Shown here: positions 1-10,042 of the stretch, one piece after another | Numbering within the stretch: the stretch's first letter is position 1 | How the letters are laid out: each line of letters opens with the position of its first letter | Source of the DNA: Nitrospira sp. | GTDB lineage: Bacteria; Nitrospirota; Nitrospiria; Nitrospirales; Nitrospiraceae | Reading direction: 5' to 3' | NCBI GenBank assembly: GCA_047150005.1 | Contig: AP038806.1 | Coordinates: 192,001 to 256,000 of the forward strand | DNA: 64,000 nt | Position numbers and translations under genes: made by a program | Notes under the pieces: generated by a model | Databases searched by the model: none | What the model saw: the letters and a program-made list of their open reading frames with translations, nothing else | What the model was told of the DNA's origin: nothing

Positions 1-168
1 GCTTCCTTGGACAAAACTTATCGCAGCATTGGCACTTCCAGCCAACACATGGCATGTGGATACGATTAGTGCCGCAGCGAGGAGAACCAGGTTTAGCGGC
101 TTGCAGAAGCGGTCGGATCTGCGCATACGGTAATTCCACACCAGATTTGTCGATCCAACGATTCGCAT
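1..168 (-). CDS. N-terminus of a secreted protein (runs off the window)
   Basis: Not in the ORF track. A purine-rich SD (GGAGGAGAGGAGGG) precedes GTG-ATG at 171/168. Translation MRIVGSTNLVWNYRMRRSDRFCKPLNLVLLAAALIVSTCHVLAGSANA-AISFVQGS is open to position 1 and has a signal peptide with an A-x-A site. Confidence 0.6.
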   Translation of the reverse strand, partial: MRIVGSTNLVWNYRMRRSDRFCKPLNLVLLAAALIVSTCHVLAGSANAAISFVQGS

Positions 169-327
169 CACAGTTTTCCCTCCTCTCCTCCAAGATCGAG
201 AAGCAAAGTGAGTTGGTCACAGGATTTGGCGAGCTCTTTTACCTCGACTTGGCAGGTTTCTTACAATGTCAACGCAAGGCACTGTCGTACAGTTCGTGCA
301 GACCTTCTTTTCTGCCTCTAATGTAGA

Positions 328-1056
328 TCAGCATGACTTTACCAATGGACGAATATGAATATCGGTGATTTCAGCTGTTCGAGGGAGTGTTAATGCATGG
401 ATGACAACGCTCGCAATATCTTCCGGCTGAAGAAGAAGTTGCGCGTCATAGGTTTTGGCTTCAAGGCGGTGAACCGTCTCTTGCATGGCAGAAGCAGTTC
501 GACCTGCGAAGATGCTCAGGACACGTACTCCGTCCGGATTAACCTCGTCACGCAAGCTGTCTGCCACAGCCTTCAACGCATGCTTGGTGGCAGCATACTG
601 GCCGACGTTTGCTCTCGCATGTACTCCCATACTCGAATTGATGAAGACCACTTGTCCTCGGCGAGCTCTTACTCGAGGCAGAAGTTTCTGTGTAAGGAGA
701 TAAGGAGCCCGAAGATTAATCGTATACTGGCGGTCGAAATCCTCGATCGTCGAAGATTTCATCTCGCCAATGATAATGTCACCAGCCGCGTGCACCAAGA
801 CATCAATGTGTTCAACCTCTTGTTCAAGCCGCTGAATCAAACAAGAAAGATCTTGCTCAACAGAAAAGTCCACCTGATATACCGTCACCTTGGGGGAACT
901 ACCCGTGGCTGTCCGAGCCGTTCCCAGCAGTCGCTCCTTATCCCGGCCTAGAAGACACAGCGATGTTCCTTCCCTGGCAAGCCCAAGAGCGATGGCTCGG
1001 CCGATCCCACTGCTGGCTCCTGACACTATTGCCGTTTGGTTTGCTAGCGATCCCAC
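328..1056 (-). CDS. SDR family oxidoreductase
   Basis: SGASSGIG Rossmann motif and YAATK (YxxxK). Confidence 0.9.
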   Translation of the reverse strand: MGSLANQTAIVSGASSGIGRAIALGLAREGTSLCLLGRDKERLLGTARTATGSSPKVTVYQVDFSVEQDLSCLIQRLEQEVEHIDVLVHAAGDIIIGEMKSSTIEDFDRQYTINLRAPYLLTQKLLPRVRARRGQVVFINSSMGVHARANVGQYAATKHALKAVADSLRDEVNPDGVRVLSIFAGRTASAMQETVHRLEAKTYDAQLLLQPEDIASVVIHALTLPRTAEITDIHIRPLVKSC

Positions 1057-1285
1057 AGATCGTGGCCCTCAAAAAACCGTACCTACACGGGTACAAATCA
1101 GACTCTGTTCTCCATTCTGACTAGAACCTATCTCAAAATTGAAAATTAGCATTTCGAAGGGAGTCAACTGCACGAAGCTCAAGGAGGCACCCGTGTTTGT
1201 CAGGCGATGTGACGACTTTTTCATGTACATGTCAGCGATGCAGAGACCGAATCCTATCAAAAATCGATTTTGAGATAGGTTCTAA

Positions 1286-2611
1286 TCAGGTCACTTGCCA
1301 GCTCTGATTCTCCAATAACCCGTGTCTGAGAAGCCTCTCGGCCGCTTCATGAATGACACGAAATGGAAGATTTGCCCTCTCGGCAATATCCAGAAGAGAG
1401 TACTGTCCATCAGACAAGTTAAGAACCCACAAAGTCGCAAGCTCATTTAACGGTTGATCAGTCTCACCTCCGACCGTTCTATAAAGACCTCTCTTACCTA
1501 ACCTCACCTCGCATTTTGGATTCAGATTCAGGTTGCGCCTGTTGTTTTCGAGCACGTGGACAACCTCAAGGTAGATTGATATGGAGTCCGCTAACGCCTC
1601 TGCCGATACAAACTCCAGGTTGTCCGCTGATGTATGGTACTGCGGGTAGGACCCATGGGGCGTCCTTGTCAACGACCCGACCGGCAGATTGAAGCCCGGC
1701 GAGCAGTATTGTCGCTCGTCATACCCATATGGGGAGAAATCTCTTATGTGATGCGGCTTCCCGGAATGTTTCAGGACATGTTGTACCACACGATCAATTA
1801 CGGCATCTCCTCGACGGCTTTTTTTATAATGAAACGTTCCGGAATCCCCGACTCCAGTCACAACCAAACCATGCTTGATCCGAGAAGCCAACGCTTCGTT
1901 CTTTGCCAGCCAGGCGATCGATCCAATTGCCCCAGGGATGAAAAGGAAACGATACGAGTGCCGCAACGACAGGCCTGCTAATATCTCGGCGAGAGAAGAT
2001 GTCAGCGCGATCCCGGAGAGATTGTCATTGCAGAGTGATGGGTGACAGCAATGGCAGGAGAGCAGCACTTCTTCATCGCTTTCTCCCTGAATTCGATACT
2101 CTCCATACGTCAGGTGACCATCCTCAAGACTTGAATCGATGACCACCTCGTATTCTCCCTCCTCTAGGCGATCCAGTTGTTTCTGACTGAGACAAAAGCC
2201 CCAATCCTCTTTGTAATAGGACGTGCGATAGGGAATCCATTCCGGATGGCCCGGCAACGAATACAGATGATGCTTGAGTTCTTGGAGGGGCATTTTGAGA
2301 CGAACCGGCATGCTGTATTGCATGAGATGAAGATTGTGCTCTTGAAAATCGATCACCTTCTTCCCGCTGGGTCCCCTCACGTAAGCATCCCGGATGTTCC
2401 ATTCTTTCGGAATCGTCCAATCGAACACTTCCGTGCCGCTCGGCACCTCATGAATCGAGATTGGAATCACCTCTTGAATCCGCTTCATGGTCTGGCGATA
2501 CCCATCCCCCGTGATACTTCGGCAGATGGGGTACAATTCCTCAATCATGCGATACATGTCCTCGCCGACACCATGGAGGTCCTCTGATTTAATCGAAGAT
2601 ACGGTTTTCAT
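1286..2611 (-). CDS. DUF4910 family aminopeptidase-like protein typical of polysaccharide loci
   Basis: LYPICRSITG, FDWTIPKEWNI, CHPSLCNDNLSG, DERQYCSPG, YHTSADNL motifs and a C-terminal winged HTH. Confidence 0.85.
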   Translation of the reverse strand: MKTVSSIKSEDLHGVGEDMYRMIEELYPICRSITGDGYRQTMKRIQEVIPISIHEVPSGTEVFDWTIPKEWNIRDAYVRGPSGKKVIDFQEHNLHLMQYSMPVRLKMPLQELKHHLYSLPGHPEWIPYRTSYYKEDWGFCLSQKQLDRLEEGEYEVVIDSSLEDGHLTYGEYRIQGESDEEVLLSCHCCHPSLCNDNLSGIALTSSLAEILAGLSLRHSYRFLFIPGAIGSIAWLAKNEALASRIKHGLVVTGVGDSGTFHYKKSRRGDAVIDRVVQHVLKHSGKPHHIRDFSPYGYDERQYCSPGFNLPVGSLTRTPHGSYPQYHTSADNLEFVSAEALADSISIYLEVVHVLENNRRNLNLNPKCEVRLGKRGLYRTVGGETDQPLNELATLWVLNLSDGQYSLLDIAERANLPFRVIHEAAERLLRHGLLENQSWQVT

Positions 2612-2644
2612 TTGGGAAACCGTGACCGCGCAAAAGATAGGGAT

Positions 2645-3190
2645 TTACAAGCCAATATGGCCGGCTTCAAGATCGGGGTACGATTGATCCTTCTGCGACA
2701 TGGTCTTATCTGCCTCCGGCCAGTTGATGCCCAGGCTTGGATCATTCCACCGAATGCCTTTGGAAGCAGCCGGCTCATAGAATTCTGACATCTGGTACGA
2801 GATCTCAGTATCGTCTTCAAGCGTCTGGAACCCGTGGGCAAAGAGTTTTGGAATGTAGAGCATTCTATGATTCGTCGCGGTCAGCTCAATTGCAAACCAC
2901 TTGAGGAATGTGGGTGAATCTTTCCGAAGATCGACGATCACATCAAAGAGCGAGCCCTTTGTACAGCGAACCAGCTTTACCTCAGCGTGTGGAGGGATCT
3001 GGTAGTGCAGTCCTCTCAACGTCCCCTTCAGCTTATTGAAGGACACATTACATTGGACGAGGTGAGGATCAAGCCCCTTGGCGGCAAACTCCCGCACGCA
3101 CCACGACCGCGCGAAAAAGCCTCGTTCATCTTCATGCTTCTCGACCTCGACCACATATGACCCCGGCAGGGACGTTTCGGCAAAGATCAT
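2645..3190 (-). CDS. rfbC: dTDP-4-dehydrorhamnose 3,5-epimerase
   Basis: DERGFF, GTLRGLHYQ, DVIVDLRKDSPTF, AHGFQTL, IRWNDP motifs. Confidence 0.9.
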   Translation of the reverse strand: MIFAETSLPGSYVVEVEKHEDERGFFARSWCVREFAAKGLDPHLVQCNVSFNKLKGTLRGLHYQIPPHAEVKLVRCTKGSLFDVIVDLRKDSPTFLKWFAIELTATNHRMLYIPKLFAHGFQTLEDDTEISYQMSEFYEPAASKGIRWNDPSLGINWPEADKTMSQKDQSYPDLEAGHIGL

Positions 3191-3205
3191 CGTTGAAACT
3201 CACGC

Positions 3206-4441
3206 TCAGGAATAGACTCGCACTTCCGGAATGGGAACCACGAACTGTCCTCCCCACTCGCGAATATAGTCAACCTGAGTCATGATTTCGTCCTTAAAGT
3301 TCCAAGGAAGAATCAGCACATAATCGGGTCTGGTTTCTCTAATCTTCTCCGGAGAGAAAATCGGGATGTGGGTGCCCGGCAGATACTTTCCCTGCTTATA
3401 GGTATTTCGATCCACCGTATAGTCCACAAAATCGCCGCGCACGCCGCAGTAGTTCAGCAACGTATTGCCTTTCCCTGGAGCCCCATATCCTGCGATTGTT
3501 TTCCCCTTCCGCTTGGCCTCAATCAGGAATTCGAGTAACTTTCGTTTTGTTTCTTTCACCTTCTCTGCAAAGAGGGCGTATGTGTCGAGCAATTCAACGC
3601 CCGCAGCTTTTTCTCTCTGTATCAGCTCGCGGTATCGTTCCGTTACACGGTGGGTCATATCTTCTACATGATGACCGTAGATACGGAGTGATCCCCCGTG
3701 CGTTGGAAGTTCTTCTACATCGAATAGAGTCAACCCATGTGCCGCAAAGATTCTTTCGGCACTCATCAAGGAAAAATAGAAGAAATGCTCATGGTAAATG
3801 GTGTCAAACTGGTTTCCCTCCATGAGCCTCATCAAATGCGGGAATTCAATTGTGACAACTCCTTGCTCAGCCAGCAGCAGTTGGATCCCCGCCACAAAGT
3901 CATTGATGTCGGGGACTTGAGCCAGCACATTGTTCCCGAGCACGAGATCCGCTCTCCCGCGCTCGGCAACCAACTCGCTTGCTGTTTGTCGGCCGAAGAA
4001 CTTAACCAGCGTAGGAACGTTCTTTGTCCTCGCTGCCTCGGCGACATTGGCTGCCGGTTCAATTCCTAAAACTGGAATACCTTTGGTGACAAAATGCTGC
4101 AACAAGTAACCGTCGTTGCTCGCGAGTTCGACGACAAAACTCTTCGCAGTCAGCTTAAGCCGCTCAACGATCATCTCTGCATACCGTTTCGCATGCTGTA
4201 CCCAACTGTCTGCATAGGAAGAAAAATACGCATACTCCGTAAAGATTTCAGCAGGACTGACATACTCATGCAGCTGAACCAGGAAGCACTGCTCACAGAC
4301 ATACACATGCAGCGGATAAAAAGGCTCCATTTGATTTAGCTTGTCTTCGCTGACATAGCTTTCGCACAGCGGGTGCATGCCAAGGTCTACAAAGGTTCTT
4401 CGTAGGGGTGCTTTGCAAAACAAACAGCTCTTGGTTTCCAT
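3206..4441 (-). CDS. NDP-hexose C-methyltransferase (class I SAM, Zn-binding N-terminus)
   Basis: CLFC...CEQC Zn motif, ELASNDG, FDTIYHEH, THGGSLR, GYGAPGKG, LPWNF. Confidence 0.9.
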   Translation of the reverse strand: METKSCLFCKAPLRRTFVDLGMHPLCESYVSEDKLNQMEPFYPLHVYVCEQCFLVQLHEYVSPAEIFTEYAYFSSYADSWVQHAKRYAEMIVERLKLTAKSFVVELASNDGYLLQHFVTKGIPVLGIEPAANVAEAARTKNVPTLVKFFGRQTASELVAERGRADLVLGNNVLAQVPDINDFVAGIQLLLAEQGVVTIEFPHLMRLMEGNQFDTIYHEHFFYFSLMSAERIFAAHGLTLFDVEELPTHGGSLRIYGHHVEDMTHRVTERYRELIQREKAAGVELLDTYALFAEKVKETKRKLLEFLIEAKRKGKTIAGYGAPGKGNTLLNYCGVRGDFVDYTVDRNTYKQGKYLPGTHIPIFSPEKIRETRPDYVLILPWNFKDEIMTQVDYIREWGGQFVVPIPEVRVYS

Positions 4442-4477
4442 GTTGACTGGACCTTCCGCCTGGGTGGGGCAATGACA

Positions 4478-5551
4478 TCAGCGAAGAGCGCCCGTTTTGT
4501 TTATCAAGTCGGGCCATTCAAGTTCATCGGTAAGCAAGCCAGATTCACGTAGCTTGTTGATCACATTGAGGCGCACATACTGGGACTCACGAAAGGCTGG
4601 ATCGCTGAAACGCGCCCGTTCGAGGCCTTCCTTCAATTCAAGGATCGTGGACTTCAAGTCGGTGAGTGGTTGAAACTTCGGGGCAAGCTGCTTGAACAAG
4701 TCATAACTGACACGGTAAGAGCGCTTGTCAGGCGGGGCATTCCTGTTGATGGATACTTCGACACCGGGGATGGCTTGGGCCACTGCATCAGCCAGGTCCT
4801 TTACCTGATAGTTCCATTCATTGCTCCCCACATTTACGATTAATCCGGTTCCACCTTGACCGGCTCCCCTCGTGATCGCCCATTCGATCGCTCGTGCCAT
4901 ATCCGTTACATTAATAAGAGGCCTCCACGGCGTCCCATCACTCATGACCACGATCTTTTTCTGGGTCAGCGCCCCGGTCACAAAATCATTGAGAACGAGG
5001 TCGAGCCTCAGTCGGTCGCTCATCCCGCAAGCCGTTGCGAATCGCAGGCAGGTCACCATGAACCGGTCGTTCGCCATTGGAATCAGCTCTTTCTCAGCCA
5101 TCACTTTCGACCGAGCGTACGCTGTCAGCGGATCCAGCTTCGACGATTCCTGCTTCGCTTCCTCTTCGGCGCAGCCATAGACACTGCAACTCGATGCAAA
5201 GACGTAAGACCGAACACCGGCTCTCTTCGCCATTGCTGCGAGTTCCACAGCAGCTTTATAGTTGACCGCTAGTGTCGCGTGCTCATATCGGTTGCCCATT
5301 GGGTCATTGGAGATCGCAGCCAGATTGACAACCGCATCAACGTCCTCGAATAGATTCTCGTCTATGGAGCGAACGTCCCCGAAGACTTGAGTATCCAGGT
5401 AGACCTCCGGGAGAGGCGTGAAGCCGATCAAGCAGTGTGCGAAGAGGCCTGCATCGAATCCTATGAGAGAAGCTTGAGGATAGGCTTGACGTAGGTGGCG
5501 CGTCAGCACCGGCCCTACATAGCCCATATTTCCCAGAACAAGGATCTTCAT
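4478..5551 (-). CDS. NAD-dependent nucleotide-sugar epimerase/dehydratase
   Basis: GNMGYVG, LAAISNDP, ASSCSVYG, YARSK, DGTPWRP. Confidence 0.9.
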   Translation of the reverse strand: MKILVLGNMGYVGPVLTRHLRQAYPQASLIGFDAGLFAHCLIGFTPLPEVYLDTQVFGDVRSIDENLFEDVDAVVNLAAISNDPMGNRYEHATLAVNYKAAVELAAMAKRAGVRSYVFASSCSVYGCAEEEAKQESSKLDPLTAYARSKVMAEKELIPMANDRFMVTCLRFATACGMSDRLRLDLVLNDFVTGALTQKKIVVMSDGTPWRPLINVTDMARAIEWAITRGAGQGGTGLIVNVGSNEWNYQVKDLADAVAQAIPGVEVSINRNAPPDKRSYRVSYDLFKQLAPKFQPLTDLKSTILELKEGLERARFSDPAFRESQYVRLNVINKLRESGLLTDELEWPDLINKTGALR

Positions 5552-5687
5552 GCTTTCCTTCCTTTCACTGAACGGCCTGTTGAATCCGCTGTCAACCGGG
5601 CGTTCCTCTCCCGAGGGAATTGAGTATTTATCCCAAGGACACTACCACCGATCGTCAAGAAATCTGTCGTTATTGAGGATTGCTGAA

Positions 5688-6956
5688 TCAGGCACGCAAC
5701 GGTAACGTCGCAGGCCTGATCTCAAGATTCCCATTGAGAGCTTCCTGCCTCGACTCGCTGCCGGGAGCAACGGCGAGAGACTTCAGCACTTCGGCCACAA
5801 CTCGATCCTGCTGTCGGGAAGTGAGTTCCGGGAACATCGGAAGCGACAAGATATGCGCCGCTGACTTCTCGGCGACCGGAAAGCCTCCAAGCCGGAAACC
5901 GAGTTCTTCGTAGGCCTTTGTCAGGTGCAGCGCTGTCGGATAGTGAATCCCCGTTCCGATACCTACGTCGCTCAGCTGTTGCTGAAGCCGAGTACGATCA
6001 TCAACCTGGACCACATAGAGGTGATAGACCGACCGTGCCCAGTCAGGCTGATGAGGTAACATGACGATCCCTTCTGCTCCGGCAAACAATTTATTGTAGC
6101 GCTCCGCCACCTGCCGCCGCTGTTTGTTCCATTTTGACAAATGGCGTAGTTTGACGCGCAAGAATCCGGCCTGGACCGCGTCAAGGCGACCGTTGTAGCC
6201 TTCGATGTCATGGCAATACTTCTTTGATTGCCCATGGTCCCGCAAGAGGCGACACGTCTGCGCGATCTTGTCGTCGCTCGTCGTAATCGCTCCCGCTTCG
6301 CCGCAGGCGCCGAGATTCTTGCCGGGATAGAAGCTGAACGCGGCGGCGTGTCCCATCGAGCCGGCCTTGTGCCAGCGTTTATCCTTCTGCGAGAAGTACT
6401 CCGCTCCTTGTGCCTGACACGCGTCTTCAATCACCTTGAGGTCATAGTGGGCGCAAATAGCCAAAATCGGATCCATGTCAACCATCTGCCCATAGAGATG
6501 CACGGGAATGACCGCCGTCACAGGATTGCCGGATTGCTTGTGGAAAGCCCGCTTTGCGTTAGAATCCCACGAGCACTCCTTCTCCAAATACTGAAGAAGT
6601 TTCCCTGGATCCATGTTGTAGGTTCGTTCGTCGATATCGACAAAGCCAGGGCGAGCCCCCGCCTGAGATATGGCTTCGGTTGTAGCGATAAACGTATTCG
6701 GCACCGTAATCACCGTATCTCCCGGTCGTATCCCCGCAGCCATCAGTGCAAATCGCAAGGCATCCGTGCCGCTGCTTACCCCGACGCAGAATCGCGATTC
6801 ACAAAACTGAGCAAAGTCCTCCTCGAACCCTTGCACCATCGGCCCACCGATAAATCCAGCGCCGTTCAGAGCGGTCGTCAGCACTTCGACCAATTCGTCA
6901 CGCAATTCCCGATGAACCGTGACCAGATCCAGAAACGGAATGTTCTCGTTCGTCAT
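5688..6956 (-). CDS. DegT/DnrJ/EryC1/StrS family sugar aminotransferase
   Basis: SSGTDAL, PVHLYGQ, IEDACQA, SFYPGKNLG (PLP Lys). Start moved to ATG 6956 (MTNENIPFLDL), which overlaps the upstream stop as ATGA. Confidence 0.92.
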   Translation of the reverse strand: MTNENIPFLDLVTVHRELRDELVEVLTTALNGAGFIGGPMVQGFEEDFAQFCESRFCVGVSSGTDALRFALMAAGIRPGDTVITVPNTFIATTEAISQAGARPGFVDIDERTYNMDPGKLLQYLEKECSWDSNAKRAFHKQSGNPVTAVIPVHLYGQMVDMDPILAICAHYDLKVIEDACQAQGAEYFSQKDKRWHKAGSMGHAAAFSFYPGKNLGACGEAGAITTSDDKIAQTCRLLRDHGQSKKYCHDIEGYNGRLDAVQAGFLRVKLRHLSKWNKQRRQVAERYNKLFAGAEGIVMLPHQPDWARSVYHLYVVQVDDRTRLQQQLSDVGIGTGIHYPTALHLTKAYEELGFRLGGFPVAEKSAAHILSLPMFPELTSRQQDRVVAEVLKSLAVAPGSESRQEALNGNLEIRPATLPLRA

Positions 6957-7561
6957 GGCTGTCCCCCTAGCCCGAAATATCTCACCACCTTGCCTGGATT
7001 TCCTGCAACGACCGCATGCGCCGGCACATCCCTCGTCACAACCGCACCGGCCCCGATCAGCGCGTGTTCCCCGATCACCAGACTGGCAAGAATCGTCGCG
7101 CCGGACCCGATAGAAGCACCCCGCTTCACCACTGTTGTTTCGACTTTCCAATCCGCCTCGGTCTGTAAAGAGCCCGCCGCCGTGGTCGCGCGAGGAAAGG
7201 TGTCGTTCACGAACGTGACGTTATGTCCGACGAAGACTTCGTCTTCAATCGTCACCCCCTCGCAAATGAAGGTATGGCTCGAGATTTTGCACCGTTTCCC
7301 AACCTTGGCATTCTTCTGAATCTCAACAAATGCTCCGATCTTCGTGTCGTCGCCGACTTCACACCCGTAGAGGTTGACGAACTTGGAAAATTTCACATTC
7401 TTCCCGACTCTGACATCGGGTGCGATGCAGAGATACCCGTTGATCGGCACCGCATTCATCTCCGATTCCAGGATGCGATGCGGCGGATCGGGAGCCGTTC
7501 TACTGTCATGCTCGGTGTCCGGGGCCGTATGTCCGAGCGCTCGTTCCGTCGTATGTTCCAT
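6953..7561 (-). CDS. Hexapeptide-repeat sugar N-acetyltransferase
   Basis: Left-handed beta-helix repeats, FVNDTFPRA, GAGAVVTRDVP, AGNPGK. The start may be the later ATG (MNAVPING). Confidence 0.88.
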   Translation of the reverse strand: MEHTTERALGHTAPDTEHDSRTAPDPPHRILESEMNAVPINGYLCIAPDVRVGKNVKFSKFVNLYGCEVGDDTKIGAFVEIQKNAKVGKRCKISSHTFICEGVTIEDEVFVGHNVTFVNDTFPRATTAAGSLQTEADWKVETTVVKRGASIGSGATILASLVIGEHALIGAGAVVTRDVPAHAVVAGNPGKVVRYFGLGGQP

Positions 7562-7648
7562 CGCATTCTCCGTAATGATGAGATCGGCTGTCGTGAGGCC
7601 CGACGCATTGCACGCAGGCGCAGCTGATGTCAGAAGAGGAAGCGGGAA

Positions 7649-10000
7649 CTATTGCCTGACGTTCTCGACCGAACGGTCACGACCGTAGAACGTACTATAT
7701 CCGTACACATAGTGCTCCATACTCTGCGCATCGAGCCCGTTGAGAATCACTTGCCGTCGCGTTGTCAGGCTCAGCATCGTGAAGGCCTTTTGCACCAGGT
7801 GTTTGGGCGAATGTCCTGCACGGATCACCAACACAAGCTCATCGGCCAGGCTCGCCAAGATGCCCGTGGTTGCGCTGGACAAGACGGGCGGCGTATTGAG
7901 AATGACATACTGAAATTGTGCGCGAAGCTCCGGTAGGATCCCTTTCAGCTGCTGAATCATCCCGAGCTCATTCCGTTCGCCGTACGTTCCCTCGTCTCCA
8001 CCGGCCGTCATGATTGAACATGGATACTCGTCGATCACCGACACACAATCATCCAGTGACGCCTGGCCATCCAGCAATTCGATCAGCCCTGCCTGAGCAG
8101 GCGAGCTGACATAGTGATGGAGGGCCGGCCGTTGAAAGTCGCAATCGATGAGCAGGGTCTTTTTCCCGAAGTCTCGCGCAATGACATAGCCTAAATTTAC
8201 CACCGTGGTTGTCTTGCCCTCGCCCATCAACGCACTGGTGATTTCCACAATCGTGGAATGGCGTCCCTCGGTGGAGAGGACCAGTTTTGTGGCAGCCATC
8301 TTATACTGTTCGGTGGCAATCGAACGAGGTTGCCACTTGGCGACCAGATTCAGGTTTGCTGGAGTGATTTCGTTCCTGTTCCCCGATGAGGCCCGAGACA
8401 TGCTCCTCGCCGCTGTTTGTACCACCGGCAGGCCGGGGCGATCGTCGCCGGTCACCCGAGAGCCGATCTTCGGCATTGTGCTGATCTGAGGACTCACGGT
8501 GAAGAACTGGGGTATGGTCGCCAACACATGGATGCCGGGCAGGACTTCTATGTCTTCTCGACGTCGAAATGTCGGATTCAACCGATCCAGACCGACCGCA
8601 AGACCGACACCGAGTCCGCATCCTCCCACCAGGCCAAGGATCATGATCACCAATCGATTCGGTTTCTCCGGCTTCTGCGGAAGGTGCGCGGGGTCCAGTA
8701 TGCGGAACTGTTCCCCTTGTTGACGTTTTTCAAGATTTTCCGCCACGTGTGCGTTTAATCGTTTATCCAGTAATGCTTGGTAGTTCTTTTTTCTGTTTTC
8801 ATAGTCGCGCACCAGGATCATGAGCTCCTGTTCGCGCGACGGTGTCTGTCCCACAAACCCTTCCGTTTCCTCGATTTGTTCCACAAGTCTCGCTCGGCGA
8901 TCCCTGATTGCCGACAGTTCGGTTCGCAAGTCATTTCGGTGCTTTAGCAGCTCTCTCACATAGGGATCATAGATTTTCTGGCTCCCGCCGTCCTTGTCGG
9001 TCGTCTGCGCACTGTATTTCTCAGCCAACTGAGCCTTGACATCTTCAATCTCCCGCCTCGTCACGGCAATGTCGGGATAGGTCTCCTTCCACTCCGCTTT
9101 GAGGGCGGTCAGTCGCCGCTCCAATTCGTGCAAGCGAGCGACCAGCGGATTGATCACCGTAGTCACGGGCTTAGAATTGTCGGAGTCCGCACTGGTGCCC
9201 CCGCTCGCTTCGTACTCCTTGATCGATTTTTCCACCTTGTTCAACCGGTCGGTTTGACCGTGCAGCAGGTCATCCGTCGCGGTCAGGTCCGTTTGCAGTC
9301 GATCCAGCGCTCGTAGATTCGCCTCCATCTGCTCCGGCAACTGGCCCATATATTTTGTCTTATACTTGCTGATGGCATCCTCTTGTGTCTCCAGCGCCTT
9401 CTTGGCCTCAAACAATTCTTGTTCGAGAAAGACGGACACCCCGGTCACGAGCTGTTCGCGCACTTTGATATTTTCCTCGATAAACAACGAGGCGAGCTTC
9501 GCCGTCACCTCCATGGCCGTCGTCGGACTTTCATGAGCAAAAGAAAGAGTGACCGCCTCGACGCTCCTGCCCCATGCGCCGGGAGTGCCGACGGTCTCCA
9601 CTCTGATCATTTTGCGAAATGTCTCAATAGCCGACTCGAGGCCCTCCCGGTTGATCTGTGCCCCATAGAGATCGTATTCGTCCAAAATCTGACTCAAGAT
9701 CGTCCGGCTCATCACCTGTTGCTGAATCATCGTCAGTCGCTGTTCGACATTGGCCCCTCCGATGCCCTTGACGTAATCTTCTGGGATCTTCTGATTTTCA
9801 ATCAGGATCAGGGTATTGGAGCGATAGCTTTTCGGCAGAACTGCGCAGAGCGTGGCCGCAATAGCGATCCCGGCCACAACAGAGCCAAGCACGAGCCATC
9901 TTCTGCGTAAGATGTTGCCCCAATACTCCCGCATCTGCACCGACAACGGTTCTCCCGGTGGCTCATGAGGAGCAAGCATCTCTCGTTCGTTCATGCTCAT
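7649..10000 (-). CDS. wzc: Wzc/GumC-type polysaccharide co-polymerase fused to a BY-kinase domain
   Basis: N-terminal TM, long coiled coil, PQKPEKPNR plus TM, Walker A GEGKTT, LLIDCD, Tyr-rich tail HYVYGYSTFYG. GGAG lies 5 nt before ATG 10000 (alternative GTG 10006). Confidence 0.88.
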   Translation of the reverse strand: MSMNEREMLAPHEPPGEPLSVQMREYWGNILRRRWLVLGSVVAGIAIAATLCAVLPKSYRSNTLILIENQKIPEDYVKGIGGANVEQRLTMIQQQVMSRTILSQILDEYDLYGAQINREGLESAIETFRKMIRVETVGTPGAWGRSVEAVTLSFAHESPTTAMEVTAKLASLFIEENIKVREQLVTGVSVFLEQELFEAKKALETQEDAISKYKTKYMGQLPEQMEANLRALDRLQTDLTATDDLLHGQTDRLNKVEKSIKEYEASGGTSADSDNSKPVTTVINPLVARLHELERRLTALKAEWKETYPDIAVTRREIEDVKAQLAEKYSAQTTDKDGGSQKIYDPYVRELLKHRNDLRTELSAIRDRRARLVEQIEETEGFVGQTPSREQELMILVRDYENRKKNYQALLDKRLNAHVAENLEKRQQGEQFRILDPAHLPQKPEKPNRLVIMILGLVGGCGLGVGLAVGLDRLNPTFRRREDIEVLPGIHVLATIPQFFTVSPQISTMPKIGSRVTGDDRPGLPVVQTAARSMSRASSGNRNEITPANLNLVAKWQPRSIATEQYKMAATKLVLSTEGRHSTIVEITSALMGEGKTTTVVNLGYVIARDFGKKTLLIDCDFQRPALHHYVSSPAQAGLIELLDGQASLDDCVSVIDEYPCSIMTAGGDEGTYGERNELGMIQQLKGILPELRAQFQYVILNTPPVLSSATTGILASLADELVLVIRAGHSPKHLVQKAFTMLSLTTRRQVILNGLDAQSMEHYVYGYSTFYGRDRSVENVRQ

Positions 10001-10042
10001 TTCCACTCCGCCGTCAAGCTGAGGTGGACCGGATTGCGGTCC

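Noticed and set aside
1069..1260. 63-aa ORF in the AT-rich gap
   Set aside because: TTG start, no SD, no motif.
6957..7151. N-terminal extension of the aminotransferase in the ORF track
   Set aside because: Overlaps the acetyltransferase; ATG 6956 gives the family-typical start and an ATGA junction.
10003..10015. GGCGGAGTG as an ops element
   Set aside because: Partial match only, and it coincides with the wzc SD.
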